DNA of 64,000 bases from a virus (lineage: Duplodnaviria > Heunggongvirae > Uroviricota > Caudoviricetes), in the IMG/VR virus record IMGVR_UViG_2778260992_000001. One strand, given 5' to 3'. The stretch's first letter is position 1; every line of letters begins with the position of its first letter. Under the pieces are notes generated by a model. The model was given only the letters and a program-made list of their open reading frames with translations, made no database searches and was not told the DNA's origin. Below, in pieces: positions 27,361 through 35,899 of the stretch. The position numbers were made by a program, and so were the translations under genes.

Positions 27361-27669
27361 TTATTGAACAGAATCTACAGCCTTACGATTGGTGTCAAAT
27401 AGCGCATCAACGAACTGTGCCGATGACTCGCTAGATTCGCAATCCAACATTGCCCGTTCTTCATTTGCCACTTTCTTACACAGTTCTACATTCTCACCTA
27501 TCGCTTTTCCTGCTTTTACGGCTGCCGAAAATTGATACATGCAAACTGATACATTCTGAGACGTTGAGCACACGTCATTCATCAGCGACTGAATGACAGG
27601 CTTATAGTCCATTGCATTTGCCGCAACTGAGCAAAGTAAAAATAATGGTGGTAACAATATCGATTTCAT
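27361..27669 (-). CDS. hypothetical secreted Cys-containing protein
   Basis: N-terminal signal-peptide-like MKSILLPPLFLLCSVAANA; 102 aa with 5 further Cys. Confidence 0.5.
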   Translation of the reverse strand: MKSILLPPLFLLCSVAANAMDYKPVIQSLMNDVCSTSQNVSVCMYQFSAAVKAGKAIGENVELCKKVANEERAMLDCESSESSAQFVDALFDTNRKAVDSVQ

Positions 27670-27672
27670 AAC

Positions 27673-28197
27673 TCAAAAAGGCAAAATTCGTTCAACCCAA
27701 TCGAACAAAACAACTATTTTTCTACCGTTCTCGACACGTAGTGTAACCTGACAAGCATCTGCGCCTGCTGACACCCCCTCAATTTCACGGCCATCCGCCA
27801 TGTACACCCTTATAGATTTGTTTGCTTTGTAGGCTTGGTTGCAAATTGCAAAAAAATCGCGGCGTGATGGCCGATTATCGACATAATCAGGGTGAACTGT
27901 TAGTCGACCTTTGAAATCGTGAGCGATACTGTCAACCACACCTGATTCAATTGTACTAATGCGTTCAAGTGGGAGCCTTATACGATTTTCTTTGTCAAAA
28001 GGGGCTGGGCAAAGGTCAACTTTGTTACGAGATGGCATGAGGCCATAAACGTACATGCAAAACGCCTGGCCATCTTCGAGAGTGACCCTTACAGGAATTT
28101 GTTCTCTGCGCCAGAACATCAGTAGTTTTTCAACGTTAGTGTAATCTCGCGGCCAGAGTTCAGCTTGGATACCGTAGGTAATATCTTTGGTTGTCAT
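27673..28197 (-). CDS. hypothetical protein
   Basis: start placed at internal Met (MTTKDITYG) so as not to overlap upstream lipoprotein gene; 174 aa. Confidence 0.4.
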   Translation of the reverse strand: MTTKDITYGIQAELWPRDYTNVEKLLMFWRREQIPVRVTLEDGQAFCMYVYGLMPSRNKVDLCPAPFDKENRIRLPLERISTIESGVVDSIAHDFKGRLTVHPDYVDNRPSRRDFFAICNQAYKANKSIRVYMADGREIEGVSAGADACQVTLRVENGRKIVVLFDWVERILPF

Positions 28198-28201
28198 GTC
28201 A

Positions 28202-28624
28202 TCACAGAGTTGTTGGCAGAATGTCGATGTCACCAGAATTGCTGGTGAACACCCTGAACGCTTTTGTGTCTCCATTCTTCAGAGTCGTTTCTCGCTCTTG
28301 ACGAGCGGGGTTTAGAGCACATAAACCTGCACCTTCAAGAGATGCACCCACAATTAATTCTCCGGCATTTAAATGAAAAGTCGCTTTTTCGCCTGTAGCC
28401 AGTTTTGCGACAGTTTCGCCATTGATGAAAATGGAAGCATCACATCCAGCTCCTACAAAACCTGTGTCTCTCATTACCACCAACGTAGCTGGCGCTGCGC
28501 TTTGATACTTGAACACTTTGGCCTGCGGTGCTGGTTTGGCGTCATGGATTGATATTGGACGTGATTGGCACGCGGTAAGCATCAACACTGGTAACGTTAG
28601 TAGAGGGAGAAGCGAGTATTTCAT
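28202..28624 (-). CDS. putative lipoprotein
   Basis: MKYSLLPLLTLPVLMLTAC: signal peptide with lipobox L-T-A-C. Confidence 0.55.
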   Translation of the reverse strand: MKYSLLPLLTLPVLMLTACQSRPISIHDAKPAPQAKVFKYQSAAPATLVVMRDTGFVGAGCDASIFINGETVAKLATGEKATFHLNAGELIVGASLEGAGLCALNPARQERETTLKNGDTKAFRVFTSNSGDIDILPTTL

Positions 28625-28692
28625 GTTAGTTTTAGAACAGAAAGTGAACAGTATGGGAGACTTCATCTTTGTCTCCCTAATTGATAGCGTGA

Positions 28693-28971
28693 TTATTTTA
28701 ATCTGCTTAATAGCGTTTCAAGATCTTCCTTTGTCATATTAGAGTTCTCATAGATACGCATGATTTTCTCACGAGTCTTAGCGGAAGCCCCGACAGAAGA
28801 TATAACCTTGTCAAAGTCGGCCATTGTCAATTGTTCCAGAATGGTATTTATGACTTCAGCCTTAGACATTTTGATATTTTTTTCTTTTAGTTTCACTTGA
28901 AACTTTCCAAGTTTGTCATTGGCCTTATCAGACAATGCTACCTGACAGTAAGTTGTTTTCTTTTCACTCAT
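28693..28971 (-). CDS. hypothetical protein
   Basis: 92-aa ORF directly downstream of helicase gene on minus strand. Confidence 0.45.
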   Translation of the reverse strand: MSEKKTTYCQVALSDKANDKLGKFQVKLKEKNIKMSKAEVINTILEQLTMADFDKVISSVGASAKTREKIMRIYENSNMTKEDLETLLSRLK

Positions 28972-28973
28972 AA

Positions 28974-30533
28974 CTAATCTCGTTTCAGAACTCCAAAATC
29001 GAATGCTCCATCAATAGGCAATACACCTTCTGCAAAGCCAGGTGTGGTGTCGATGATGTGTTTTCGCTCATAAGAGTGAGACAACAGGTATTTGTTGCTA
29101 ATGTCAATGAAATCAGTGATAAAACACACGTTTGCCTGATTTTTTTTGGCTCGTAAGCCACGACCGACACGCTGTCTCATTTCAACTTCTGCTTTCCCAC
29201 CACCAGCAAGAATGACCGCACCAACGCTTGGCACATCAACACCAACATCCAGAATAGTCGAGCCTATTAAAACATCTATTTCACCAGACGCTAAACTATT
29301 CAGCTTTGCTTGCCTTGTCGTCTGGTTAGATTCCCCATAGATGAAATCAACTTTAAGACCTGACTCCTTCATCATCTCCATCAGGATTTGCCCGTGGCGT
29401 TTAAGACGAACCAGAGTCATGCAGTTGAGTGAATGTTGCTTATAAAGCAATGCCTCGCGCACTATGGCCTCGTTACGTCCCAAATTATACACGATCCCCA
29501 ACTGATAAGCCTTTTGGTAGGCGGTGCTCATACCAACTCTAAAATTAAGGTGTTTGTTGGCAAGTTCCGCCTTGATTCTGACCTCGTCTGGCTTGTAAGC
29601 AACTTTATGATAAAGGAAGTACGGTTTTGCCAGAATGCCTCGATCAATCAGGTACTTTTCTGTGACTTTAATTTCAATTCGACCGGCCACAGCCATCAGA
29701 CGCATGTTGGCTTCTGTAGAATCCTTCATGAACGGCGTGGCCGTAAGCGCCAGACGATAGTCTGCGTTCACACATAATCTGGCAATGTCATAGAAATTAG
29801 AGCCTGAAGACTCATGCGCTTCTTCCAGAATAAGCAGAGACACACTTGAAAGGAAGCGTTTCACTAGCTCCCGACGTTTGAGGTGGTAGCTCTTTTTATC
29901 TGGTGTTGCATCGCGTGGTGGTTCTTCAAGGAAACTTGCCAGAGTTTGAACTGTAGCGACGTTGATATGTCGTGATACCTGGAACTCACCCGAGCCAATG
30001 ACTCCAACCTTTTGGTCTTTTAACCACGGTTCGCCATTTTCGGCGCGGTAGTCGATGGATCTCTGGAAGTTTTCGGCCATTTGAAACATCAGAACAGAGC
30101 GGGTTGTTAAAAATAATGTCATTCGACCGATACGTGCAGCTGCTTTGCAGGCAACGTTAGATTTCCCGCCACCAGTAGCGATCTGCGCAATCATCATTCC
30201 CTCTCGAACCAGTGTTTCCACAGTCTGATCCTGATATGCATAATCAGGATTGTATGGGAATGGGTTAACCGCCGGATTTGGTTTACCAAGCGCCGGGGCT
30301 TTGTCTTTGCGGATATGAACACATTTGATGCCCGCCTTGTTCAAGTTCGCCGCTACAGGCTTGGCAAAGCCAGCAGGGAACGAGTTTTTACTCCAGTTGA
30401 ACATCGTGCTTGTGCCCTTCCAGTCGCCAGTCTCGACTTCGTAGCTCAACATTTGCTGCACCAGTTGCTTTACCTTGTCATCTGCGCCAGAAATAAGCGC
30501 ATTTACTGCGTTAGATACAATCCGAACAGTCAT
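28974..30533 (-). CDS. superfamily-2 DExH-type helicase
   Basis: motif I ATGGGKS, motif II LILEEAHE, motif III LTATP, C-terminal RecA-like domain with QRVGRGLR (motif VI). Confidence 0.7.
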   Translation of the reverse strand: MTVRIVSNAVNALISGADDKVKQLVQQMLSYEVETGDWKGTSTMFNWSKNSFPAGFAKPVAANLNKAGIKCVHIRKDKAPALGKPNPAVNPFPYNPDYAYQDQTVETLVREGMMIAQIATGGGKSNVACKAAARIGRMTLFLTTRSVLMFQMAENFQRSIDYRAENGEPWLKDQKVGVIGSGEFQVSRHINVATVQTLASFLEEPPRDATPDKKSYHLKRRELVKRFLSSVSLLILEEAHESSGSNFYDIARLCVNADYRLALTATPFMKDSTEANMRLMAVAGRIEIKVTEKYLIDRGILAKPYFLYHKVAYKPDEVRIKAELANKHLNFRVGMSTAYQKAYQLGIVYNLGRNEAIVREALLYKQHSLNCMTLVRLKRHGQILMEMMKESGLKVDFIYGESNQTTRQAKLNSLASGEIDVLIGSTILDVGVDVPSVGAVILAGGGKAEVEMRQRVGRGLRAKKNQANVCFITDFIDISNKYLLSHSYERKHIIDTTPGFAEGVLPIDGAFDFGVLKRD

Positions 30534-30579
30534 AAACCTCTTTCCTTAGTGCCTTTTGTATGTTATTTGGCTATTATAA

Positions 30580-30598
30580 TAAGTAAGTGATTACTTAG
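30580..30598. promoter_or_regulatory. palindromic site, class 2
   Basis: taagtaagtgattacttag immediately upstream of first ParB-like gene. Confidence 0.45.
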
Positions 30599-30615
30599 TG
30601 GATTGTAGCAATAAA

Positions 30616-31296
30616 ATGGATGTAAAAATCACGATTTTGCAGGTTGATGTTGCCAACCTTCGCCCGAATACCTGGAACACCAATTCGGTTGGTGCGCAGA
30701 ATTTTGAAAAACTGAAAGGTTCTATCGAAAAATTGGGCTTTTTTAAGCCAATTTTGGCTCGTGAACTTGAAGATGGATTTTTTGAAATCCTCGGCGGTGA
30801 ACATCGCTGGCGTGCTGCTATTGAGCAAGGAATTTCAACGGTTCCGGTGCTTTCTGTGGGCAAAATTAGCGATGTCGTAGCTAAACAGATGTCACTGGTG
30901 GACAACGAGCGATACGGTGAAGACGACCAAATCGCATTGCAACGCTTCATTGAAGAAATTCAGTCAGAACTTGACTATCAACTGTTTGAAATCGCTCCGT
31001 ATGACGACGAAATCTCGATGGTTTTAGCAAAAGAGGCGGCAATCGACCTTGAAGCACTGGAGGCGTTGTCTCGTGGTAGTGATGAGCCTGTCGATACCGA
31101 CAAACGAGAGAAAACCGAACGTGTGGGTGCGGAACATCAGACCATGCGCTTCAAAGTAACTTTCGATGCGTCAGATCGTGTTGCAGAAACCATAAAAAAC
31201 ATCATCAAAGAGCAGGCTATTAACACCGGTAATGAAATGGAGAACGCTGGTGAGGCTCTGGTGTGGCTGGTCGACTACTACAAGGAGCGTATGTAA
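30616..31296 (+). CDS. ParB N-terminal-domain (ParB/Srx nuclease-like) protein 1
   Basis: LGGEHRWRAAIEQGISTVPV ParB-N signature; start ATG 30616 (alternative GTG 30598). Confidence 0.6.
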   Translation: MDVKITILQVDVANLRPNTWNTNSVGAQNFEKLKGSIEKLGFFKPILARELEDGFFEILGGEHRWRAAIEQGISTVPVLSVGKISDVVAKQMSLVDNERYGEDDQIALQRFIEEIQSELDYQLFEIAPYDDEISMVLAKEAAIDLEALEALSRGSDEPVDTDKREKTERVGAEHQTMRFKVTFDASDRVAETIKNIIKEQAINTGNEMENAGEALVWLVDYYKERM

Positions 31297-31964
31297 TGAC
31301 CAAAAAGTTTGAAATCGTATATCGCGACCCGGCAGATCTTATTCCCTATGAGATGAATGCCAAAAAGCATGATGAACAGCAGATCAGAGATCTGGCCGCA
31401 GCCATTAAAAAGCGCGGATTTGACCAGCCAATTACGGTCGATAAGAACGACGTAATTATTACTGGCCACGGCCGCCGTGAGGCTGCAATTTTTGCTGGAC
31501 TTGAGCGCGTACCGGTTATTGTTCGCGATGATCTCAGTGATGACGAGGTTCGTGCGAAGCGCCTTGAAGATAACCGACTTGCCAGCATTGATTACGATGC
31601 AATTAAGCTACAGAAAGAGCTTGAGTCGCTTGTTCTGGACGATATCGAGGTTTTCGGCTTTGAAGAGCGTGAGTTGAATGTTCTCGTTGGCAGTATGACA
31701 GAAGAAATGGACACCGACTCGCTAGTTATCGATCTTGGCGAAGAAACTAAACGACAGAAGGATGAACACACCGAGATCAGTCGTGAAGTTGCAGCGGAAG
31801 AAGTACGTGTTGTCGACGTATTGGGCTTTAAAACGCTCCCTGCTGGCTCTGCCATTGTTGTTGGTGATTTGCTTGCCCATATGGAAGAAATGACGGGAGA
31901 AAGCGGGGTAGACGCATTTGTGGCATATGCGGAGAAGATCTCTTCCGGGGAGATGGCTGCATGA
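31296..31964 (+). CDS. ParB N-terminal-domain (ParB/Srx nuclease-like) protein 2
   Basis: ITGHGRREAAIFAGLERVPVIV ParB-N signature; TAATG coupling, RBS aaggag. Confidence 0.6.
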   Translation: MTKKFEIVYRDPADLIPYEMNAKKHDEQQIRDLAAAIKKRGFDQPITVDKNDVIITGHGRREAAIFAGLERVPVIVRDDLSDDEVRAKRLEDNRLASIDYDAIKLQKELESLVLDDIEVFGFEERELNVLVGSMTEEMDTDSLVIDLGEETKRQKDEHTEISREVAAEEVRVVDVLGFKTLPAGSAIVVGDLLAHMEEMTGESGVDAFVAYAEKISSGEMAA

Positions 31965-32626
31965 GCAAATACATCATCAACGTATCGTTTCAGACACGCG
32001 TAAATAAAACCACGCGCACGTTGGAAATCGCTGAGTCGTTCGGGCTTGGCCTGGACGAAAAAGAGTGGACGCTTTACGACAATCTGGAGCTGGAAGTGAA
32101 GCAGGGCGATGTGGTGTACATCACCGGCCAATCCGGTTCCGGCAAATCCGTTGTGCTGCGCGAGTTGCAACGACAGATGAAGGATGAAGGGCTGTCTGTA
32201 GCCTCCATCGATGATTTTACCTTCGATAATGAGGTTAACGTCATCGATCAGTTGGGCAAAACGACCAGTGATGCGCTTGGGTTGTTATCTATGGCTGGTC
32301 TGAACGATGCATATCTGTTTGTTCGCAAGCCTTCTGAAATGTCAGACGGCCAGAAATATCGTCTCAAGATTGCCAAACTGATTGAGTCAGGCGCTAAAGT
32401 ATGGGCTGCTGACGAGTTCGGCGCTGTTCTCGACCGTGTAACCGCTCAGGTTGTGGCGTCTAACCTCCAGCGTGCCGCTCGAAAGGTTGGTGCGACGGTA
32501 ATGGTGGCGACGACTCACGAAGACCTGAAGAACGCGCTGCGCCCTGATATGCAGATCACCAAGCACTACAAAGAACGCGTGAAGGTGGAATATCACAATG
32601 GTAGTCATGATGAGGTCCATTCATGA
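31961..32626 (+). CDS. stand-alone ABC-type ATPase (nucleotide-binding-domain only)
   Basis: Walker A GQSGSGKS, ABC signature-like MSDGQKYRL, Walker B VWAADEF, H-loop TTHED; 221 aa, no membrane domain. Confidence 0.6.
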   Translation: MSKYIINVSFQTRVNKTTRTLEIAESFGLGLDEKEWTLYDNLELEVKQGDVVYITGQSGSGKSVVLRELQRQMKDEGLSVASIDDFTFDNEVNVIDQLGKTTSDALGLLSMAGLNDAYLFVRKPSEMSDGQKYRLKIAKLIESGAKVWAADEFGAVLDRVTAQVVASNLQRAARKVGATVMVATTHEDLKNALRPDMQITKHYKERVKVEYHNGSHDEVHS

Positions 32627-33513
32627 CGGACATCATCATTAAACGCTACCGCCCTGAAGAGTTTCCGCGTCATCTGGACTTTCTGGAGCGAATGACTGTT
32701 ACAAAGGGAACTGTAGAGGACTGGCACGCTCTTAAGTCGCTTCACTACAAAACAGACGGCAAACCTTTCGCGCCAACTTACTATCGCTGCGAACTTGATG
32801 ACCGTCTGGTGGGCGTCGTGGTTATGGCTTACCCGAAACTACTGTTGGCACCTCGCCACCGCATGTTTCCTAAGTTGAAACCAACCACTAATACCACCGT
32901 GGCTAACCAGTACTGGGGTCGGTACGTGAATAACAACTTTGCGGTGATCAGTCGCTCAGTTGTGGATACTCAGTATCGTGGCGTAGGCGTCTCTTATAGA
33001 ATGATTAACCTGGTTAGCAGGATGCATGACCGGCCAATCATTGAGATCCAGTCCTCGATGAGCAAATACAATCCCTTCGCCATGAAAGCAGGGTTTAAGT
33101 TCATCCGCCCTGAGCGACCGAAGAGCTATGAAAGTGCACTGCGTGTGTTCCAGCGCCATTTCCGCTCCGACCCGGGTGATAACGAGGCGATCGTCAAAGA
33201 GTTGTTCGCTATGAGCGAGTCTCGTCGTCGCCGTGCGCTGCGCGATTTGGTGGCGGACTACCATAAGAACAGTTCCCTGGCAAAAGCTGGGCGGAATCGT
33301 GGCACGACGATTCAGGACATTGCCGACAGTCTGGTGGACGAGGCCAGCATTGTGAAGCTGCTCAAGGACATTCACAACCTGAGCTTTACGTCTCCGTTGT
33401 ATGGTGTGTACCGAAACCCTGACTTTGGCCGTCGACTGCCTGACACGCTGCCACTGCTGGCATTCGACAAACAACCTTTGGATAAACCGTTAGAAATTGC
33501 TTTACCGGCATAA
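32623..33513 (+). CDS. hypothetical protein (possible GNAT acetyltransferase-like fold)
   Basis: ATGA-coupled; YRGVGVSYRMI resembles GNAT motif A; otherwise unassigned. Confidence 0.4.
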   Translation: MTDIIIKRYRPEEFPRHLDFLERMTVTKGTVEDWHALKSLHYKTDGKPFAPTYYRCELDDRLVGVVVMAYPKLLLAPRHRMFPKLKPTTNTTVANQYWGRYVNNNFAVISRSVVDTQYRGVGVSYRMINLVSRMHDRPIIEIQSSMSKYNPFAMKAGFKFIRPERPKSYESALRVFQRHFRSDPGDNEAIVKELFAMSESRRRRALRDLVADYHKNSSLAKAGRNRGTTIQDIADSLVDEASIVKLLKDIHNLSFTSPLYGVYRNPDFGRRLPDTLPLLAFDKQPLDKPLEIALPA

Positions 33514-33522
33514 GGATTTGCC

Positions 33523-33789
33523 ATGACGTTAACCGATAAACAAAAGGACATCATCAAAACGCTCAATCTCGGTTATGAGCGAGGTCATCTACTTGACCTG
33601 GACGAATTGCTTGAAGTTTTGCCGTACAAGACAACCAAGCAAAGTATCCAGTTCTCAATTCGCGCTCTGATAAAAAAGGGGCTGGTGGAGAAAGGGCATA
33701 CGCGCCAACGCAGTGACAATCGCTATCACCGCCGGACTCTTGGGTTAACCACTTTAGGTCGAGCCAAAGCGAAGTTACTGGTGATGTAA
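33523..33789 (+). CDS. hypothetical small DNA-binding (winged-helix-like) protein
   Basis: 88 aa, basic C-terminus. Confidence 0.4.
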   Translation: MTLTDKQKDIIKTLNLGYERGHLLDLDELLEVLPYKTTKQSIQFSIRALIKKGLVEKGHTRQRSDNRYHRRTLGLTTLGRAKAKLLVM

Positions 33790-33903
33790 TCGGTCTGGGA
33801 GCTTATTTAAAGACCTGCATCTGTATATATAAATAATAAGTAACTTATTAAATATATACGGAAGCAGGCTTCGTAAGACATGCCAGACCTAATTAAACAC
33901 CCC

Positions 33904-33947
33904 AGAAAACAAGTTGGTTAGCAGATGCAGTAAACAAGTTGTTTTAG
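33904..33947. promoter_or_regulatory. two class-1 palindromic sites in tandem upstream of small terminase gene
   Basis: gaaaacaagttggtt and taaacaagttgtttta. Confidence 0.5.
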
Positions 33948-33984
33948 AGCGCATGGACGCGCTCTGTGTGTTTTAGAGGGATCT

Positions 33985-34617
33985 ATGACGGTCGAAAAAG
34001 ACGAGGTAAAAACTCGCCTGACACCAGCGGAGTGGGCCGAAGCTGAAGCCAAATGGACGTCAGGCGAATATACACTCTCAAAGCTGGAGGAAGAGTACGG
34101 CATTCGTCGTGAAACACTCTCCAGACATTTCAAAAAGCGAGGATTAGAGAAAGGCGCGGACTCTGTTGGGAAGATGGTTCGTGAGTCTCTTAAATCTGAC
34201 GCAGAGCTTCGCGCTAAAGCCCGTGCGGAAAAGATAGAAGAACGTCGTACACGTTATGACGGCTGGGCGTATGCGTTGGGGCAGATGGTGATGGTCGAAG
34301 TCACTACGGCCAAACGTGAGGGTAAGCCTTTAGGGGCGATTGAGGATTCTCTCAAGAGCTTACAGAGAGCCAGTAATACCCTTGCAAAATGCTTTGAAGT
34401 TTCGTCCAAAGCATTGGGCATGGATCATGCGGAAAATGACGAGGAAGAAATTCCGAACCTGGTATTTGGTGAGCTTACGCCTTCCCAGGTGGCGAAATTA
34501 CGTCAGGAAGACGACGAGCCTGAAATCATCGATGACGAATTGCTTGAGACGTTGGAAGAAGAAGCTCTAAGCGAATTTGATGCGACAGATGATGGAAGTG
34601 AAGGGGAGGACGAATAA
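33985..34617 (+). CDS. putative terminase small subunit
   Basis: position immediately upstream of and coupled to large terminase; N-terminal HTH-like region, acidic C-terminus. Confidence 0.55.
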   Translation: MTVEKDEVKTRLTPAEWAEAEAKWTSGEYTLSKLEEEYGIRRETLSRHFKKRGLEKGADSVGKMVRESLKSDAELRAKARAEKIEERRTRYDGWAYALGQMVMVEVTTAKREGKPLGAIEDSLKSLQRASNTLAKCFEVSSKALGMDHAENDEEEIPNLVFGELTPSQVAKLRQEDDEPEIIDDELLETLEEEALSEFDATDDGSEGEDE

Positions 34618-35873
34618 TGGCAATCCCGTCCTCGCTCAGTCTTGTGCAACTGCATTCTGGACAGATGAAAGTCTTCCAGTCTCCGCATCGATTTAAAGTT
34701 GTTTGTGCTGGTCGACGCTGGGGAAAATCCCGGTTGTCGATCTCCACTATTATTCGTGCGGCGGCAAAGGAAAAAAAGCAAAGGGTCTGGTATGTCGCTC
34801 CTACATACCAGATGGCTCGCCAGATTTTGTGGGACGATCTACAGGAAGTTCTGCCTCGTAAGTGGGTTAGGAAAAAGAACGACACCACGATGACAATCGT
34901 GTTGAAGAACGGTTCGGAGATCGCCCTCAAAGGTGCTGATAAGCCTGACACTCTGCGCGGCGTAGCGTTGCATTTTGTAGTGCTTGATGAATTTCAGGAT
35001 ATGAAGGCTGACACCTGGTACAAGGTGTTACGACCTACTCTTTCATCGACACGCGGCGGTGCACTGATCATTGGTACGCCAAAAGGCTTCTCGGAATTTC
35101 ACAAACTGTGGACTATAGGCCAGAACGTAGAGCTGCAAAGAAAGGGACAGTGGAAGAGCTGGCAGTTTGTAACTGCCGATTCTCCGTTTGTACCTACGGC
35201 GGAAATTGAAGCTGCTAAGAACGATATGGACCCGAAATCGTTCGCTCAGGAGTACCTGGCGAGCTTTGAGAACATGTCCGGGCGCGTTTACTACCCGTTC
35301 GATCGTAACGTGCATGTAAAACCGCTTCAGTTCAACCCTCGGTTGCCTATATGGGTAGGGCAGGACTTCAACATTGACCCGATGTCTTCAGTAATTTTGC
35401 AACCTCAGCCAAATGGTGAGCTATGGGCAATTGATGAATTGGTGCTCTTTTCCTCTAACACGGCAGAGGTTTGTGATGAGCTTGAGAGACGCTTCTGGCG
35501 CTGGAAATCACAGATAACGGTATTTCCAGATCCGGCAGGTGCTTATCGCCAACATGCTCGCGGGGAGTCTGACGTCGACATATTCAAAGAGAAGGGATTC
35601 TTACGTGTCGATTATTCGAAAAAGCACCCGCCAATTGCGGATCGTGTTAATGCTGTTAACCGAATGCTGATGACCGCATCTGGAGATATCCGGCTGTATA
35701 TCGATCCGAAGTGCAAGCATTTGATTGATTCACTGGAAAAAGTCATCTACAAGCCTGGAACACGAGATATGGATAAGACAGGTGGCATTGAGCATAGTGC
35801 AGACGCATTGGGCTATCCAGTACATCGTAGGTATCCAGTCAAAAACCGTGTTATTCTTGGTGGTTCTCGATAG
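34617..35873 (+). CDS. terminase large subunit
   Basis: Walker A CAGRRWGKS, Walker B HFVVLDEF, followed by nuclease-like C-terminal half. Confidence 0.8.
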   Translation: MAIPSSLSLVQLHSGQMKVFQSPHRFKVVCAGRRWGKSRLSISTIIRAAAKEKKQRVWYVAPTYQMARQILWDDLQEVLPRKWVRKKNDTTMTIVLKNGSEIALKGADKPDTLRGVALHFVVLDEFQDMKADTWYKVLRPTLSSTRGGALIIGTPKGFSEFHKLWTIGQNVELQRKGQWKSWQFVTADSPFVPTAEIEAAKNDMDPKSFAQEYLASFENMSGRVYYPFDRNVHVKPLQFNPRLPIWVGQDFNIDPMSSVILQPQPNGELWAIDELVLFSSNTAEVCDELERRFWRWKSQITVFPDPAGAYRQHARGESDVDIFKEKGFLRVDYSKKHPPIADRVNAVNRMLMTASGDIRLYIDPKCKHLIDSLEKVIYKPGTRDMDKTGGIEHSADALGYPVHRRYPVKNRVILGGSR

Positions 35874-35890
35874 GTAAGTAATTATCTAAG
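35871..35890. promoter_or_regulatory. palindromic site, class 2
   Basis: taggtaagtaattatctaag between terminase and portal genes. Confidence 0.4.
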
Positions 35891-35899
35891 GTTATTCAA

